A DNA stretch of 64,000 nt from Octopus sinensis (Eukaryota), in assembly GCF_006345805.1 (NCBI RefSeq), contig NC_043003.1:22072001-22136000 (forward strand). Direction: 5' to 3'. How positions within the stretch are numbered: position 1 is the stretch's first letter; the number at the start of each line of letters is the position of its first letter. A program made the position numbers and the translations under genes. Positions 14,901 through 29,100 of this stretch are shown here, piece after piece. The notes under the pieces are model-generated. The model had not been told where the DNA came from. It worked only from the letters and a program-made list of their open reading frames with translations, and ran no database searches.

Positions 14901-17900
14901 TATACATTTTTTTCTTTTGCAAACAATTCTCTTGTATTTAACTAAATGTTGCTTATTTTATCTTTAGGACAAAACTAGCTCAGTCAGATTTGGTTTAGAA
15001 AGCAAACCAAACAATTAGGTTAAACAATGTCAAACATTTGAAATTCCTCTTAAAAAAACATAAAAACCGAGTGCTTGAGTACTGATGAAAACTTCAGTCC
15101 TGGATGGTTTAATTTGATTACTGTTGTGGTCAAGTTGGCATTGAAATAAGTAATCAATAATGTACTGTTCTTTGTGGTCAGTAAATAGACCAGTTCTGAT
15201 TTATTGGATCAGTGCCAATATTTGAATTGTCTATAGTGATGATCAGAGGAGGTCTCCTTGATCAGAGCTGACGTAGCCATTGTAACTGTGGCAGCAACAT
15301 CATTACACATTGCAGCCAAATTGTATTTTTGGCAACACTTTTATTTTGTATTACAGAAAAAATATTTTAGGAAATTTTAAATTCTATCAGAGGGTCTTTA
15401 TCAAGTTATAAACACAAGGCAAAATAGCATTAAACATGATATGAGGGAGCACTCTGTCGGTTACAACGACGAGGGTCCCAGCTGATACGATCAACGGAAC
15501 AGCCTGCTCATGAAATTAATGTGCAAGTGACTGAACAATCCACAGACACAACCGTACCCCTAACATAGTTCTCAGGGAGATTCAGCGTGACACAAAGTGT
15601 GACAAGGCCGACCCTTTGAAATACAGGTACAACTCATTTTTGCCAGCTGAGTGGACTGGAGCAACGTGAAATAAAGTGTCTTGCTCAAGGACACAACGCA
15701 TCGCCAGGAATCGAACTCACGACCTTACAGCCGTGAGCCGAATGCCCTAACCACTAAGCCACACGCCTTCACAAACATGATATAACATGATATAACCACT
15801 GTGTAATCGACTGACTGTTGTTTGCCACACATGAAGGCTTGACATCACTGAGATCATGTTGGTGATGTCATTTGTTCCCCCCTTACCATTCTTCTCAGTC
15901 TAACAGCAGTCCATCATTGATATCTGTGTACACTACAGGTTGCTTTCGATGTCTTCCCAGGGTCTTTAGGTGATGGCAAATGCTGATCACCATTTTCTAC
16001 AACTATATTTTATGCATCACAAGTGATCAAACACCCACAGATGTCCTCACCTAGCAAACTTCTTTTCGCCGAAGTCTCATTCTGACTCTGGTAAGGGTTA
16101 CTAACTGAAAATTTAACCAAGCACATTCATTTAATGTGTTATTTCAAATGAGGTTGTTTAAATCTGAGCACACAGGCACCAAGTTTAGGAAGTAGTTCCT
16201 TGGAATTTTCTCTAAGAGACGGGACTTGTGTATTGTCAATAAGAATGTCAGTGTCATTATCGTTCATCATCATCATCATCGTTTAATGTCCGCCTTCCAT
16301 GGGTTGGGTGATTTTGACTGAGGGCTGGTGAACCAGACGGCCGCACCAGGCTCCAATCTTGATCTGGCAGAGTTTCTACAGCTGGATGCCCTTCCTAATG
16401 ACAACCACTCCGAGAGTGTAGTGGGTGCTTTTTACGTGCCACCGGCCTGGTAGTAAACATTTCATGAGTTTTATTGCCCACATAGCATTTCTTGAGTTTT
16501 GTTATTGAATTGAGGAATATTTAAAAAGTATTTTTTGCATATGAATTTCGTGTTTGGTTACAGTTCTCTCTTTACACCCGTGTATTGCTTCTGCACATTA
16601 TGTATGCATATATTGAATACTTTATAAACTAATGTTTATCAGAGCTCATTAGGTTTAATTAATATTTCATTTGAATAAGGCAGCAAGCTGGCAGGGTCAT
16701 TAGCACACTGGACAAAATGCTTAGCAGCATTTCAACCGTCTTTACGTTCTGAGTTCAAATTCTGCCGAGGTCACCTTTGCCTTTAATCCTTTCAGAGTTG
16801 ATAAAATGAGTACCAGCTGAGCACTGGGGTCGATGTAATTGACTTACCCACTCCCCCAGTATTTCATTTGAATACTCTAAAAAAATTTTATCGGTTCATT
16901 AATCTTTTTGTTGTCATACTTCAAATTAAACAGTGTCTGCCAACTACACTTCTGTAAGGTCAAAGTAATGTCTGTTTTTCTTTTAGGACTGCAATAGTCT
17001 AATAGATGTGTTTGTGAGGGTCTGTTGCTCCATGTCAGAGTAAATATTTAGAAAATATAATAAGAAAAAATTCAATTATTCAGTTTCTGATGGTATCATT
17101 TGGTTGATAATATAAGTCAGTGGTTCCCAAAGTGGGCGGTATTGACTCCCTGAGTGTGGTGGAAAGTTTTAAGGGGGCATTGAAGAAAATTGGGTAGCAA
17201 TTTGTGTAAAAACAAAATAATGGGTTTGTTAGGTTAGTTTTATTTGTGAAATACAGTTGCTTTGAATTTGCTTCAGAAAGTGGTCTATGTTTGTAAAGGT
17301 TAGTTGAGGTATGAGCACCAGGAATGTGGCCTGGGTGTCAAGGGGGCAGCAGCCCGAAAGATTTTAGAAACCACTGATAAAAGTGAGAAACTGAAAATGA
17401 AACTTTTCTGAATGTTACATATATGAGAATATATTGATGTGGATTGCTTCTAAAGATTACCACACTTGCCAACACATACACATACACACGCTTATTTATG
17501 TAGGTCTCCAAAACACCTTATTTAAACGTTGTTGTAAGTTGTGTCTCTGTGTGCTCATGCATGTGTGTGTCTATATTTATGAGACCTTTTTATGTAGAAA
17601 TTCTGTCATTGGCGCTCATTTTACAGAAACAACAATCTTCTCATCAATAGTGTTAGAGGTGACATAACCGAACACTCCTTAACTCCTTCAATTCATCCCT
17701 CCTTTTTAATTTACTCACTGCTAACAACTCACACCCAAATGGCATATGCTAGCTAGTAATTTATGCACACACACACTACTGATGCTCCTTCCTCTTGACA
17801 TCACACACAACTGACACTCTGATACTTACTGATGTAACAACTAACATATTACTGATGATTCATTGCATTCTCTTCCTAACAACTCATGGTATTGCCACTC

Positions 17901-20900
17901 CCTCTATTATGTCTCATACTGCTGACACTCCCTTCAAGAACTCACATTCTACTCATGCACTGCTGATACTCTTCAGCACGATGCCAGTTGTGTGTGAGCT
18001 GTTGTTATAGAAGGTATCAGCTTATCGACTTGCATCTGTAATAGCTTCTAAATCACATCTTGGCTAACAACACTAGATAATGGTTGATAACAACATACAA
18101 CTAATAATATTAGATGACAGTAACCAAGTGGGACCATAACCCGTGGCCTATGCCAGAGGTGTAACCAACCCACTTATGCGTACTTTTCCTTCAGTGGACA
18201 CTAAACTCTACTTGTGAAGACCTGTTGAGGCAAGTGAAATAAAAATCAAAATAAAATCAAATTCGCCAGTGGAGCGCTATGGGCACCATCTGAGTGTGAT
18301 CGCTGCCAGAGCAGCTGACTAGCTTCCGTGCTGGTGGCATGTAAAAAGTGCCATTCAAACGTGATCGTTACCAGCATCGCCTTACTGGCACTAGTGCTAG
18401 TGGCACGTGAAAAACATTCGAGTGAGGTCGTTGCCAGTGCCGCTTGATTGGCTTCTGTGCAGGTGGCACGTAAAAAACACCACTTGAGTGTGGCCGTTGC
18501 CAGTACTGCCTGACTGGCCCTCGTGCTGGTGTCACGTAAAAGCACCCACTACACTCTCAGAGGGGTTGGCGTTAGGAAGGGCATCCAGCTGTAGAAACTC
18601 TGCCAGATCAGATTGGAGCCTGATGCAGCCATCTGGTTCGCCAGTCCTTCGTCCAACCCATGCTAGCATGGAAAGTGGACATTAAATGATGATGATGATG
18701 ATGAGTCAACAACATCATACAATAAAATATTGAAATTGGTTTGTTATATAATCATCATCATCATCATCATCATCGTTTAGCGTCCGTTTTCCATGCTAGC
18801 ATGGGTTAGATAATTGAGTAAATGCTAATGCTATGAGAAAGAGGCAAGGGCTGTGTATACTAGTGTAAAAGTTGAATATTTAGACCAGATGTTTAGGCTA
18901 AAAATTAGGGGTTGACTATTTATATAGATATTTCTTTAAAGGAAAGTGGGGAAATATTAGAGTAATTACAGTAACAATATCAATAATTATCCAGTATTCA
19001 CATCAAAACTTTGTAGCTCTTGTGTTTTATCTCCATCCCTTGTACTCAATTTATTAACTTTGTCAAAGTCAAATTCATCAATAGTACTATGTAGGTAGCA
19101 GTGCTGAATTTTTGTCACTAATTCAGCACTGTCTAAGGCTGTGAATGTCAAATAGAAATTTGAATTGCGCTATAACTTTTAGAAATTTCAAACACAAAGG
19201 TCTATTCAAATCTTACAAAATCACACTGTTCATCATTATTTTCAACTTATCATCTCAATCAGCAGGCAGCTTTTGTGCAGTTTTCATTCTCTGCCAATGT
19301 GTTAAATCGTCTCGTTATACGCATCTTGTGCACTTGCTTTAAACTAGAAAGCTAAGTTCACTTTGTGCAATACAAGGAAAATACCAGATTTTTAGGTTAA
19401 AAAAAAAAAAGTGAAGGTGATTTTGATTCCTCTTCTCTGGAGATTTGAATAGCTCCATGAGTTACATATTTTCCTTCTTGATGATTTACAAGTACTCACT
19501 TCAGCAACATCTTGCAAGATATTGGTTTTTGTCATGTGTGTGAAGTTAATTCAATATCTCATACAAACTTTCTCAGACCACTAACTTCTCTAACAGCCAC
19601 ACAGTTGTCTTCTCGGTGACTTTCAGTTTGAATGACACCTGTATAATTGTCTTCCTGGGAAGCATATTTGCATAAAATAACAAATTTAAGGCCAAAACTG
19701 CACAACTGTATTCTGCAAGTGTCACAAGGGAACTAGAATTAAGAGCTCACCTGTCTAGTGAGTCACTGATTCAACTTTAACCTGACCTTTGTACAGTCTT
19801 TCAGACCTCTGTAGCTGATAGAAAGAATGAAACAGCAAGATTTGGAAATTATAACATCACTGCATTGAGAAGGATTGCTTATCATTTAACTAGTCACACT
19901 GCTTCACGTTTGTTTATTATTATAAACCATAGGCTGATGAAGCATTGTGTACTGTTTATTGTGTGCATACATCAATGACTGATGCATCTGGGTACATCTT
20001 CAGTGATATGCCTGGTATCATCAGGTGTTTCAGGTCTTTCAACATCATACACCCTCCTCCCGGTGACCCAGCAGGGGCTGATCAGACCCCAGCTTGTGCC
20101 TAGATATGGCCCTCCTCTTTTGATCCACAGCCATCTTAAGGCCGTCTCTGCTGCATTTGTGGTACTGTGGATGGCCTTCCTCCTTCTCACTCCCTCGATA
20201 CCCAAACTGCTGAAGGCTCTGGTCAGGAAATGGGCTGCGAATCCTCTGCATCCAACTTCCACTGAACATCCAATTGTTCAGAAATATGGTAATTAGAAAT
20301 GGTGTGTCCACGCAGTTATTTGGATAATGGATGTGATGAATCCAGCCACCTGATGTTTTTGTGAACTGTACATTAAAATGTATCAAAGAGGAAAATTTAT
20401 TTTTTCATTGTAACATTTTATACATAAAACAATCTTTTTTTTTTTTCTGCGAAAAATGTAAGGTCAATTACCTCGTTTGCAAAGCAGTCCAGGGGAACTA
20501 ACTCTTAGCAAATTATTTTGTAGATTTATATCCGTTATGTTGGTATATTTTAGCTCGACAGTGCATCAAGTCTTTGTGAATGTTGCTTGGATAGGATACA
20601 AATTTATGACAAGTACGTTTCTCAGTTGTGCATTAAATAGATAGTACAACATTAAGAGACATTGAACATGGGCTTTTTTTCTTGTTTTTTAAATCAGGTA
20701 ATACTCTATGCTATTCATATGTTTCAGGAAAGAATATAGTAGAAAGATTTGATGTTACTAAGGTTATTGATTGGCTGAATCTTCAGACTATCAGACAGAA
20801 TGTCTTGCAGTAATTCTCCTTACTCTTTACTCTTATTTGTTTCAGTCATTTGACTGTGGCCATGCTAGAGCATCGCCTTTAGTCGAGCAAATCGACCCCA

Positions 20901-23146
20901 GGACTTATTCTTTGTAAGCCTAGTACTTATTCTATTGGTCTCTGCTGAACTGCTAAGATATGGGGTCGTAAACACACCAGCATTGGTTGTCAGGCGATGT
21001 TGGGGGGGGGGGACAAACACAAACATATACACACACACACACACATACATACATGTATATATATATACATACATACATACATACATGCATACATATATAT
21101 ATACGACAGGCTTCTTTCAGTTTCTGTCTACGATATCCACTCACAAGGCTTTGGTCAGCGCGAGGCTATAGTAGAAGACACTCCTATGCCTATATTAGTT
21201 CAAATCCCACTAAAGTCAACTTTCTCTATCATCCTTTTGGGGTTGATGGTGTTGACTAATTTCCTTCCCTTAAAATTGCTGTGCTTATGTCAAAATTAGA
21301 AATACTGATTATTATCAAGAATAACTGAAATGTTGACACTGGAATGATTTTGAACTTCTAGCTCTTTGTGGTCTGAGTTTAGATCCTGGTTGCCTTGGCT
21401 TTTCATTCCTCCTGGTCAATAAAATAAAGTACCAATCAAGTAGGGATGGGGGTTGATGAAATTTCAGGCCTTGTATTTATATTAGAAACAATTATTATTG
21501 TTCTTATCAGAAGGGCAGTGAAGGCAGCAAGTTGGCAGATTCATTAGCATGCTGGGCAAAATGCTTTGATTCTGTTCTTACTTCACAGTTGAATGGTTAA
21601 TAGGAGGAAGGGTATCCAGTTTAAACAATAAAACCATCTTATTTATGCAGATAGTGAAAAATAGTAGTAAATCACCAGTCATCATCGTCATCATCACCAC
21701 AATATTCACCATCATCATCATCGTCATCACCACAATATTCACCATCATCATCATTGGGGGGTAGTGGATTGGCAGATTGAGTGCATCAGACAAAATTTGT
21801 TGCAGTATTTAGTGGCATTCCAAGTGGAAACCACGATAGGGCTTGGTTTTGTTTTCCCACTTTTCTGGAGTTGATAAAACAAGCTGGGTGATAATATAAT
21901 TACCTCCCCCTCCCCAAAACACACACGCACACTGAGGCTTTGTGTCTATGTTAGAAATCATCACCTCCTCTTCCTCCACCATCCTCACAACCACCACTAT
22001 CATCATTCATATGATTCTAGTATGGAGCTAGTGTTCTAAATTACACAGGTAATTTACCTGTGTAATCATGTACACAAAACTTTGTCTAAAATAATGAATG
22101 AATAATTATATTTGTATATTCAATACATAGTGCAAGATTTTTGTACATGCAGATATTAGAGGCAACACTGTTCTTGTGTATAATGTACACTGACTTTTCT
22201 TTAGTATTAAGATATATGGGGAAAAAACTGAATAGATTTATTATAATTGCTGTATAAAATAATTGAAAATATTTACATATCCCTCTCTCTCTCTCTTCGG
22301 AGTGGTACTGAGCAGCTATACACACACGGCAGTAACTTCCGCTTACTGAATTCAATCACAAAGCTTCGGTCGACTCGGGGCTATAGTGGAAGACACCTGC
22401 CCAAAGTGCCACACAGTGGGACTGAACCCGAAACCATGTAGCTAAGAAGCAAGCTCCCTTACCACACAGCCATGCCCGCGCCTACAATAGTTGTAATTTC
22501 CCGGAATCATCTGTATTGTTGTTGTAGTCATCAACCTTTATTCTATTCTAATCTTGTGTTTAAAAAAAAATGATAAATCTGTTTGAAATTTGTTTTATTT
22601 ATTATTAATTACTTTTGTGAATGACTTTGTTCATTTGTTGTAGCCCCGAAAGAGAACCAACAAGAAGTTGAGTCCTGCTGCCCAGCTGGAACAAACAAAA
22701 GAAGGATGTGTTGACTTGGAGACACCTGACTCCATTCTTGTGAACACTAACTTAAGAGTGAGTTAATTGTCTTTTAGCTTTGTTTCTTTGTCTTTTCATT
22801 TATTGGTTTCAGCCCTACTCGAAGCTCTTTATGTTCTGAGTTAAAATCCCACCAAAGTTCACTTTGACTTTCATCCTTTTGAGGTGAATAGAATAATAAC
22901 AATTTAGCATGGATTGATGTAATTGACCACCCCTTCTCTTTAGGTTTGTCCTTGTGTCAAAATTTTAAACCATTATTCAAGCACAAGTTATCAAAAAAAC
23001 AGAAATTCTTTGTTTTGCTTCAAGGATGTGAGATAACATTTCCGTTCCAAGTTGTCATGTATGTACTGGACAACTCTACAGAAAAGATTTCTCTGTCTTT
23101 TCATCAGTTTATTTATGATTGATATATGAATACTATTTCATAACTT

Positions 23147-23181
<35 letters not shown>

Positions 23182-26100
23182 CTTTAGGTTTACATAATGT
23201 TTTAAATTTTATCTCAACATATACTCACCATCTTTCACCCTTTAGCTTTCAGATTAGTTTGTCAAATGTAATGCTAATTTATTCAAATTGGTTTGAATTA
23301 ATCATGCAGTATCATGCAGCTTCAAACTTTCAATGATGTGAATGTATATATTTTTATGAAGACATTGCATAGTAGATGAATCTGGTCAGTTTGAACATAG
23401 AACATGTAGAATGTTTGGCCCTCATACAACCAGTTTAAATACTAAAGGGTTAAATAAAAACCCCTTTCCCATATTTGAAGTCCCAGCCCTAAGAGGCCAT
23501 ATCACTTAAAGATAATCTGAGCATCATTAATAAATTGCTCAGTCAAATGATCTTTTCATAACTTACCCTATGCCATAACTGTACACAAGTATATAGACTC
23601 AGTAACAAGTTATTGTTTTCTTTCTTCTAATATATATATATCATAAACAAATCAAAATAGATGAACATCAATGGAATTTGTATCTTTGTGGTACCAGTGC
23701 CGGTGGCACGTGGCACACAAGAAAACCATCCGAACGTGGCCGTAGCCAGTACCGCATCGACTGGCCTCCGTGCTGTGGGCACGTAACAAGCACCATCTGA
23801 TCATGGCCGTTTGCCAGCCTCATCTGGCACCTGTGTCGGTGGCACATAAAAACACCATCCGAGCGTGGCCGTCTGCCAGCCTCGTCTGGCACCTGTGTCG
23901 GTGGCACATAAAAAACACCATCCGAGCGTGGCCGTTTGCCAGCCTCGTCTGGCACCTGTGTCGGTGGCACATAAAATCACCCACTACACTCTCGGAGTGG
24001 TTGGCGTTAGGAAGGGCATCCAGCTGTAGAAACACTGCCAGATCTGACTGGACTGGTGCAGCTTTCGGGCTCCCCAGACCCCAGTTGAACCGTCCAACCC
24101 ATGCTAGCATGGAAAGCGGACGTTAAATGATGATGATGATGATTTTACACCAGTGGGATATACAATAATCTGTTTTGTATACATTAAACCAATCGGAATC
24201 ACTGTTTTACAAGATACTTTTTAATTGTCTTTTTCAGGCATTAATTAATAAGCACACATTCCAGCTTCTTCCAGCAGATTACCAGTATCGGTTGATTCAG
24301 CTTTTACCTGAGTGTGACCGGTTGGTTGAAGGGTCCAGGTAAGAAATAATAGTGTCTTTTTTTGTTTTTTTTGTTTTTGAATTTTTTTTTTTTGTGTGCA
24401 CTTTGTTTAAACCAAGATAACAATTTAGGAGACATAGCCAAGCTGCACTGATAACAACTGACAGTAATACAAAGTGACAATTTAGAGCAATTGTTCTCAA
24501 CCGGGGTCCATATGAGGTTTGGGGTGGGGGTGGGGGATCCATGCATGCAAAATAGTAAATTGGATACACACAGCAGTATATTAAGGATCCATGAAAAAAT
24601 TTTGACTTGGATGTATTTATTGGGAGAAACAATTAAGTTTCTTTCTCTGACATTTTACATAGTTCAACATACAGAAGTTAATGTGTGATGACCAAAATAG
24701 GAATTTCAAAAGTATCTATAAAACTAGGTTTTATAAGAGGCTATGGGGGTCCACCAGACTAAAATAGTAATGAAAGGGGTCCTTAGGCAAAAAAGTGGTT
24801 GAGAAATACTGATTTAGAAGAACTGTTAATTTGTTTGGCAATTGTATTAACTGGTTCTTATTAGATACATGGTCTCTATTAGCTATTAAAAGTGTTTAAT
24901 AGAAGAACCCACCAAGAAATATATTTTTTGAAAATGGTAACTTTATTTCAATGATGAGAACATTCGTTTTTGGCTACACTGGCATAGGTTTGATGGATAC
25001 TTGTCCAAAGCAGTGTGTTTCTAGCATGCACTAGATTGCAATTATATAAACAATAACACTGAGCATCTTTTCAAACTCCACCTGTCTAACACACGTGAAC
25101 ATGTTTACAAAGTCAGAAAACAGCACTGCTCCCATGACTTTCGGAAACATTTTTTTGCGCTAAGAGTTGCTGAAGTATGGAACAAACTTCCGGCACTGCA
25201 TCCTTCAAAACTTCCATGCTTCCTGAGATTTGCCAACACTCATACACTGTTCACTTTTGACAAGTTGTGGTGCACCTGAGCACTGTATACAATAATTTCG
25301 TTATTATTATTATTATAATTTTTTTTCTGTGCAGGAGAGGAATGCTATTGCCAAGGGAGATTATTAACTTTAAAGCCATTTGTTTGTTGAAAGAAATTTT
25401 CTATGCCTCTATCTTTTTCTTTTATACAGAATGAGTACAACTGCTTTAAATAATGAGTTCTTTTCCAAAGCCTGTCAAGAATGGAAAGAAAGATTGGCAG
25501 AAGGTAATATTTATAAGTCGTTCTACTCTTGCTTTTATTGTTTTGGGACACGGAGGTTTTTTTTTTAAATACTATATTTGTATGTAAAGCACATTTGCAT
25601 ATAATGTGCATTCATGAAATAAAAACTATCTCATGTACTGTTCCCTCTCTACTGTGTGCATGCAGAGGCATATAGTTTTTGCAACCAATGCACCAAAAAA
25701 AATCATGTACACAAAAGTTTGTCTAAAATAATGAATGAATAATTATATTTGTATATTCAATGCATAGTGCAAGATTTTTGTACATGCAAATATTAGAAGC
25801 AACACTGTTCTTGTGTATAATGTACACTGACTTTTCTTTAGTATTAAGGTATATGGGGAAAAAACTGAATAAATTTATTATAATTTGCTGTATAAAATAA
25901 TTGAAAATATTTACATATTATAAACAAAACAAAAAGGAAATTTGAAAGTGACCTTCAAACTACAGTAAGCACTCGCCATATTGCGGCTCACCTATTGCAC
26001 CCTCAGTACATCACAGATTTTTCTGGCTAATTTATGTATATCGTGGACTCTTCAGTATATCTTGGGTTTCTGCAGCCAATATGTATTTATATTTTTTTTA

Positions 26101-29100
26101 ATTTTAATTATTTCTGTGGTAAAATAAACATTTTCACACCTAAAAATTAATAAATTAATAATTAAAAATACAGTACTGCACTGTATAACACATTAATTAA
26201 AATATATTAAAAGAAAATACATAGTGTACCCTAGATGAGTAAACAAAAAATCGCACATACTGTATGGAAAATGAAACTTGGGAGGTGAGTGTGTGTTGTT
26301 TTGCATATATGATAAAGTAAATATATACAAATTATAAAAATAATATAAAAAATACAGTACAGTACTGTTTCTACTTTGTGGATTTTCACCTATCACAGGG
26401 TGGTTTTGGAATGTAACACCTGTGATAGTCGAGGGATTATTGTATACTAGTATAGCTTGCAAAAAGTATTTGCTGTGTAGGCTACATTGTGTAAATCACG
26501 GATGTTTTCTCATGGAAAATAAAAGTGCCTAAAATAAATGCAGAATATATTAATATTGGGAATGTTGTATGTAATTTAAAAATTCTGGGTATAAAGAATT
26601 TGATTGCTTGTTGGAGCATGTGTTTTTACATTGAAATTTCTCCTTATTTACTGACCAGTTAGCATCAACCCTGTTTTTGTTATTGACAGGAATCACTTGA
26701 TATTTAAACAAAATTAACATTATTTAAAAACTAAGAAATTTGTGCACAGACAATTAAATTACTTTTAAATTGATTTCTTATGTAGGCATAAAGCCAAAAG
26801 TTTAAAAGGAAATAGACTGTGACTGGCCTTGTAGACTGTCTTAGCATAAATAGTATAAATGAAATAAATGATTAGCAATTTGATGCAGCTCACCAGAAGA
26901 TCATCCTTTTTTTTTTAAAACTTAATTACATGAAACTGGCATTACATTACTGTATTCATTTTTCGCCATTTTCTTATCCTAATTTGCAGGAGAATTTACA
27001 CCTGAAAACCAACAACGCTTGAAGCAAGAAGAAGAGAAAGAACAGACGAAGATGGATCCTTGGAAGGTAAGTTATTATTTAATAAGATGACTGATGGTGT
27101 AATTCAGTTTGTTTACAACGATACAATATTCTGTAACTGTTTCATGATAAGTGAGAACCTAAAAAAATCTCCTTGTTTTTTTTATAAATCTGGTGGTTGC
27201 TTGTAGAGCTGTCTGTAATTGAACAAGTTAGCACTGCAACTTCTTCACATCTTGGGAGTTACTGAGTCTAACAGAAACCTCTTTTGGCTGAGGCACCCTG
27301 TACTCTTTGTAATTTTTTTTTTAGCATTTCAGGAATAGATATTATGAAGGATTATGCTTCCACTAAATTTCAGTTTCTTGGAACATAGAAGGAATATAAT
27401 GGTTAAAATTTGCTAATGATTTGAGCATTTTCTTCCTTTGTATTTGTACATTGGCTAGATAGATGTGTATTTTACCATGAGTTCACACATGTCGAGTTTG
27501 TCGTTATCTGGGTGTAACACAGATATCATTTTATTGTTGGTGTTGTGCATATTGGCACAAAGATATAGAAGTGTATGAATCGTTTGAATAACAAAGCTCT
27601 CAGAATACTATTGGTCCCAATTTTATCCATAATAATGGGATAGCGGGTGTTGTTGATGTTCACTGTATCTTAATACTTTTAATACCAAACCCACATAAGA
27701 ATGTCCCTTGTTCTATAGTACAAAAGTCTTATTTTAAAGTGATCTAAATTAAAATATTCATTCAAAATTTCTTGTTAATTTGTTCCAAACCTCAGCTTAG
27801 TGATAAAAATGTTATTTTAATGAATTTTAAAATGAACTGAAACAAGAGCAGTGTAATTTCAACAGAAATTTGGTAACAAGAGTTAAAAGAGTGTAATAGC
27901 GCAAACCATTTAATCTGATAGATTACTATTTCTGCTGTTTCTCAACTCATTTATTGCATAACAATATCAGTTGACCTTTCTAGTTGGCAGATTTTTAACT
28001 TGTAATTATAACAACATGACATTGTTCTAACTGTAAATCCTATTGTAAGCAACTTCAAAGTGAGAAAATGAGAGGGAGAAATGAACTTGAGCGAAAATTT
28101 ATTTTTCATTGATTTTTGCCTCAGAAATATTGCTTGTTAAAATACTTCCATCTACTTAAGATTTTAATGATTCTCATGGTCTCTTTGTTTTTCTTTTCAG
28201 ATGAAGCATTTTGAACAGGTGTGGGGGCAGAGGTGAGTGTGTCATTTTATCAACTACTACTACCTGAGTAGGGTGGCATAATTTAATTATTGTAAATAAT
28301 TAGAAATAATAGGATCCAATTATTCCATATACCATATTGTTAAAGTAATGTGGTAAAAATGTGTAACATCATCCTCATAACACAGTTGACCTGGGTTCAA
28401 TTCCCAACATGGGAATTTGTTATTCATCCCCATAACCTAGCAGTTCAGCTGTGGATCAACCCTAATCTGCAAACTATGTATTTTTTGAATAATATTACTT
28501 CAGCAACCCTTTAGAAAACCCTATTTTGGCTGCTTGTATTTGTGATTGTACTCATTTGGTTACTACCCAAGATTAATTACTGTAGGCAGGGGTTTGGCAT
28601 GAAAACTGAAGACAGTGAGCTTAGCCCTTCTGATGACTGAGTGCTCAAACTAGCACATTACTGCACCAGTGCCAGCAAAGTCATCATCACCATTTTTAAC
28701 ATCCATTTTCCCATGCTTGTATGGCTTTGATTGGAATTTATTTAGACAGATTTTCTATGGTCTGATGCCCTTCCTGTCACCAACCCTCGCTTGTTTCCAA
28801 ACAAGGTAATATTTCAGCATGACCAGGCATGTTCTTGAAGAATATTGGAAATGAATGATACTCCTTGTATGACAGTGAGATTCACTTACAATTATCATGT
28901 GGTGTCAAAGCAATAAGACACAAACATACACATTCATACGTACACACACACATCATCATCATTGTTTAACGTCCGCTTTCCATGCTGGCATGGGTTGGAC
29001 GATTTGACTGAGGACTGGTGAACCAGATGGCTGCACCAGACTCCAATCTCATCTGGCAGAGTTTCTACAGCTGGATGCCCTTCCTAACGCCAACCACTCC

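Noticed and set aside
15700-15772. tRNA-like A/B boxes here and at 45484, 47520, 51612, 51855 and 61804
   Set aside because: These are SINE heads. There is no complete cloverleaf or acceptor stem, and they continue into CORE/Nin bodies with tails and TSDs.
19099-19131. 12-bp-arm inverted repeat CAGTGCTGAATT / AATTCAGCACTG
   Set aside because: Short, isolated, not a terminator in a eukaryotic intron, and too short for a miRNA precursor; chance cannot be excluded.
19990-20060. GAAAC and CTGATGA motifs in the HERO-like 3' UTR (minus strand) suggesting a hammerhead
   Set aside because: Only 3 nt separate GAAA from CTGATGA, leaving no room for stems III and I.
23668-24126. Repetitive 96-118-aa ORFs and a CRISPR-like look of 62-63-bp repeats
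   Set aside because: These are contiguous tandem units of a SINE with no unique spacers, no cas genes and a eukaryotic context.
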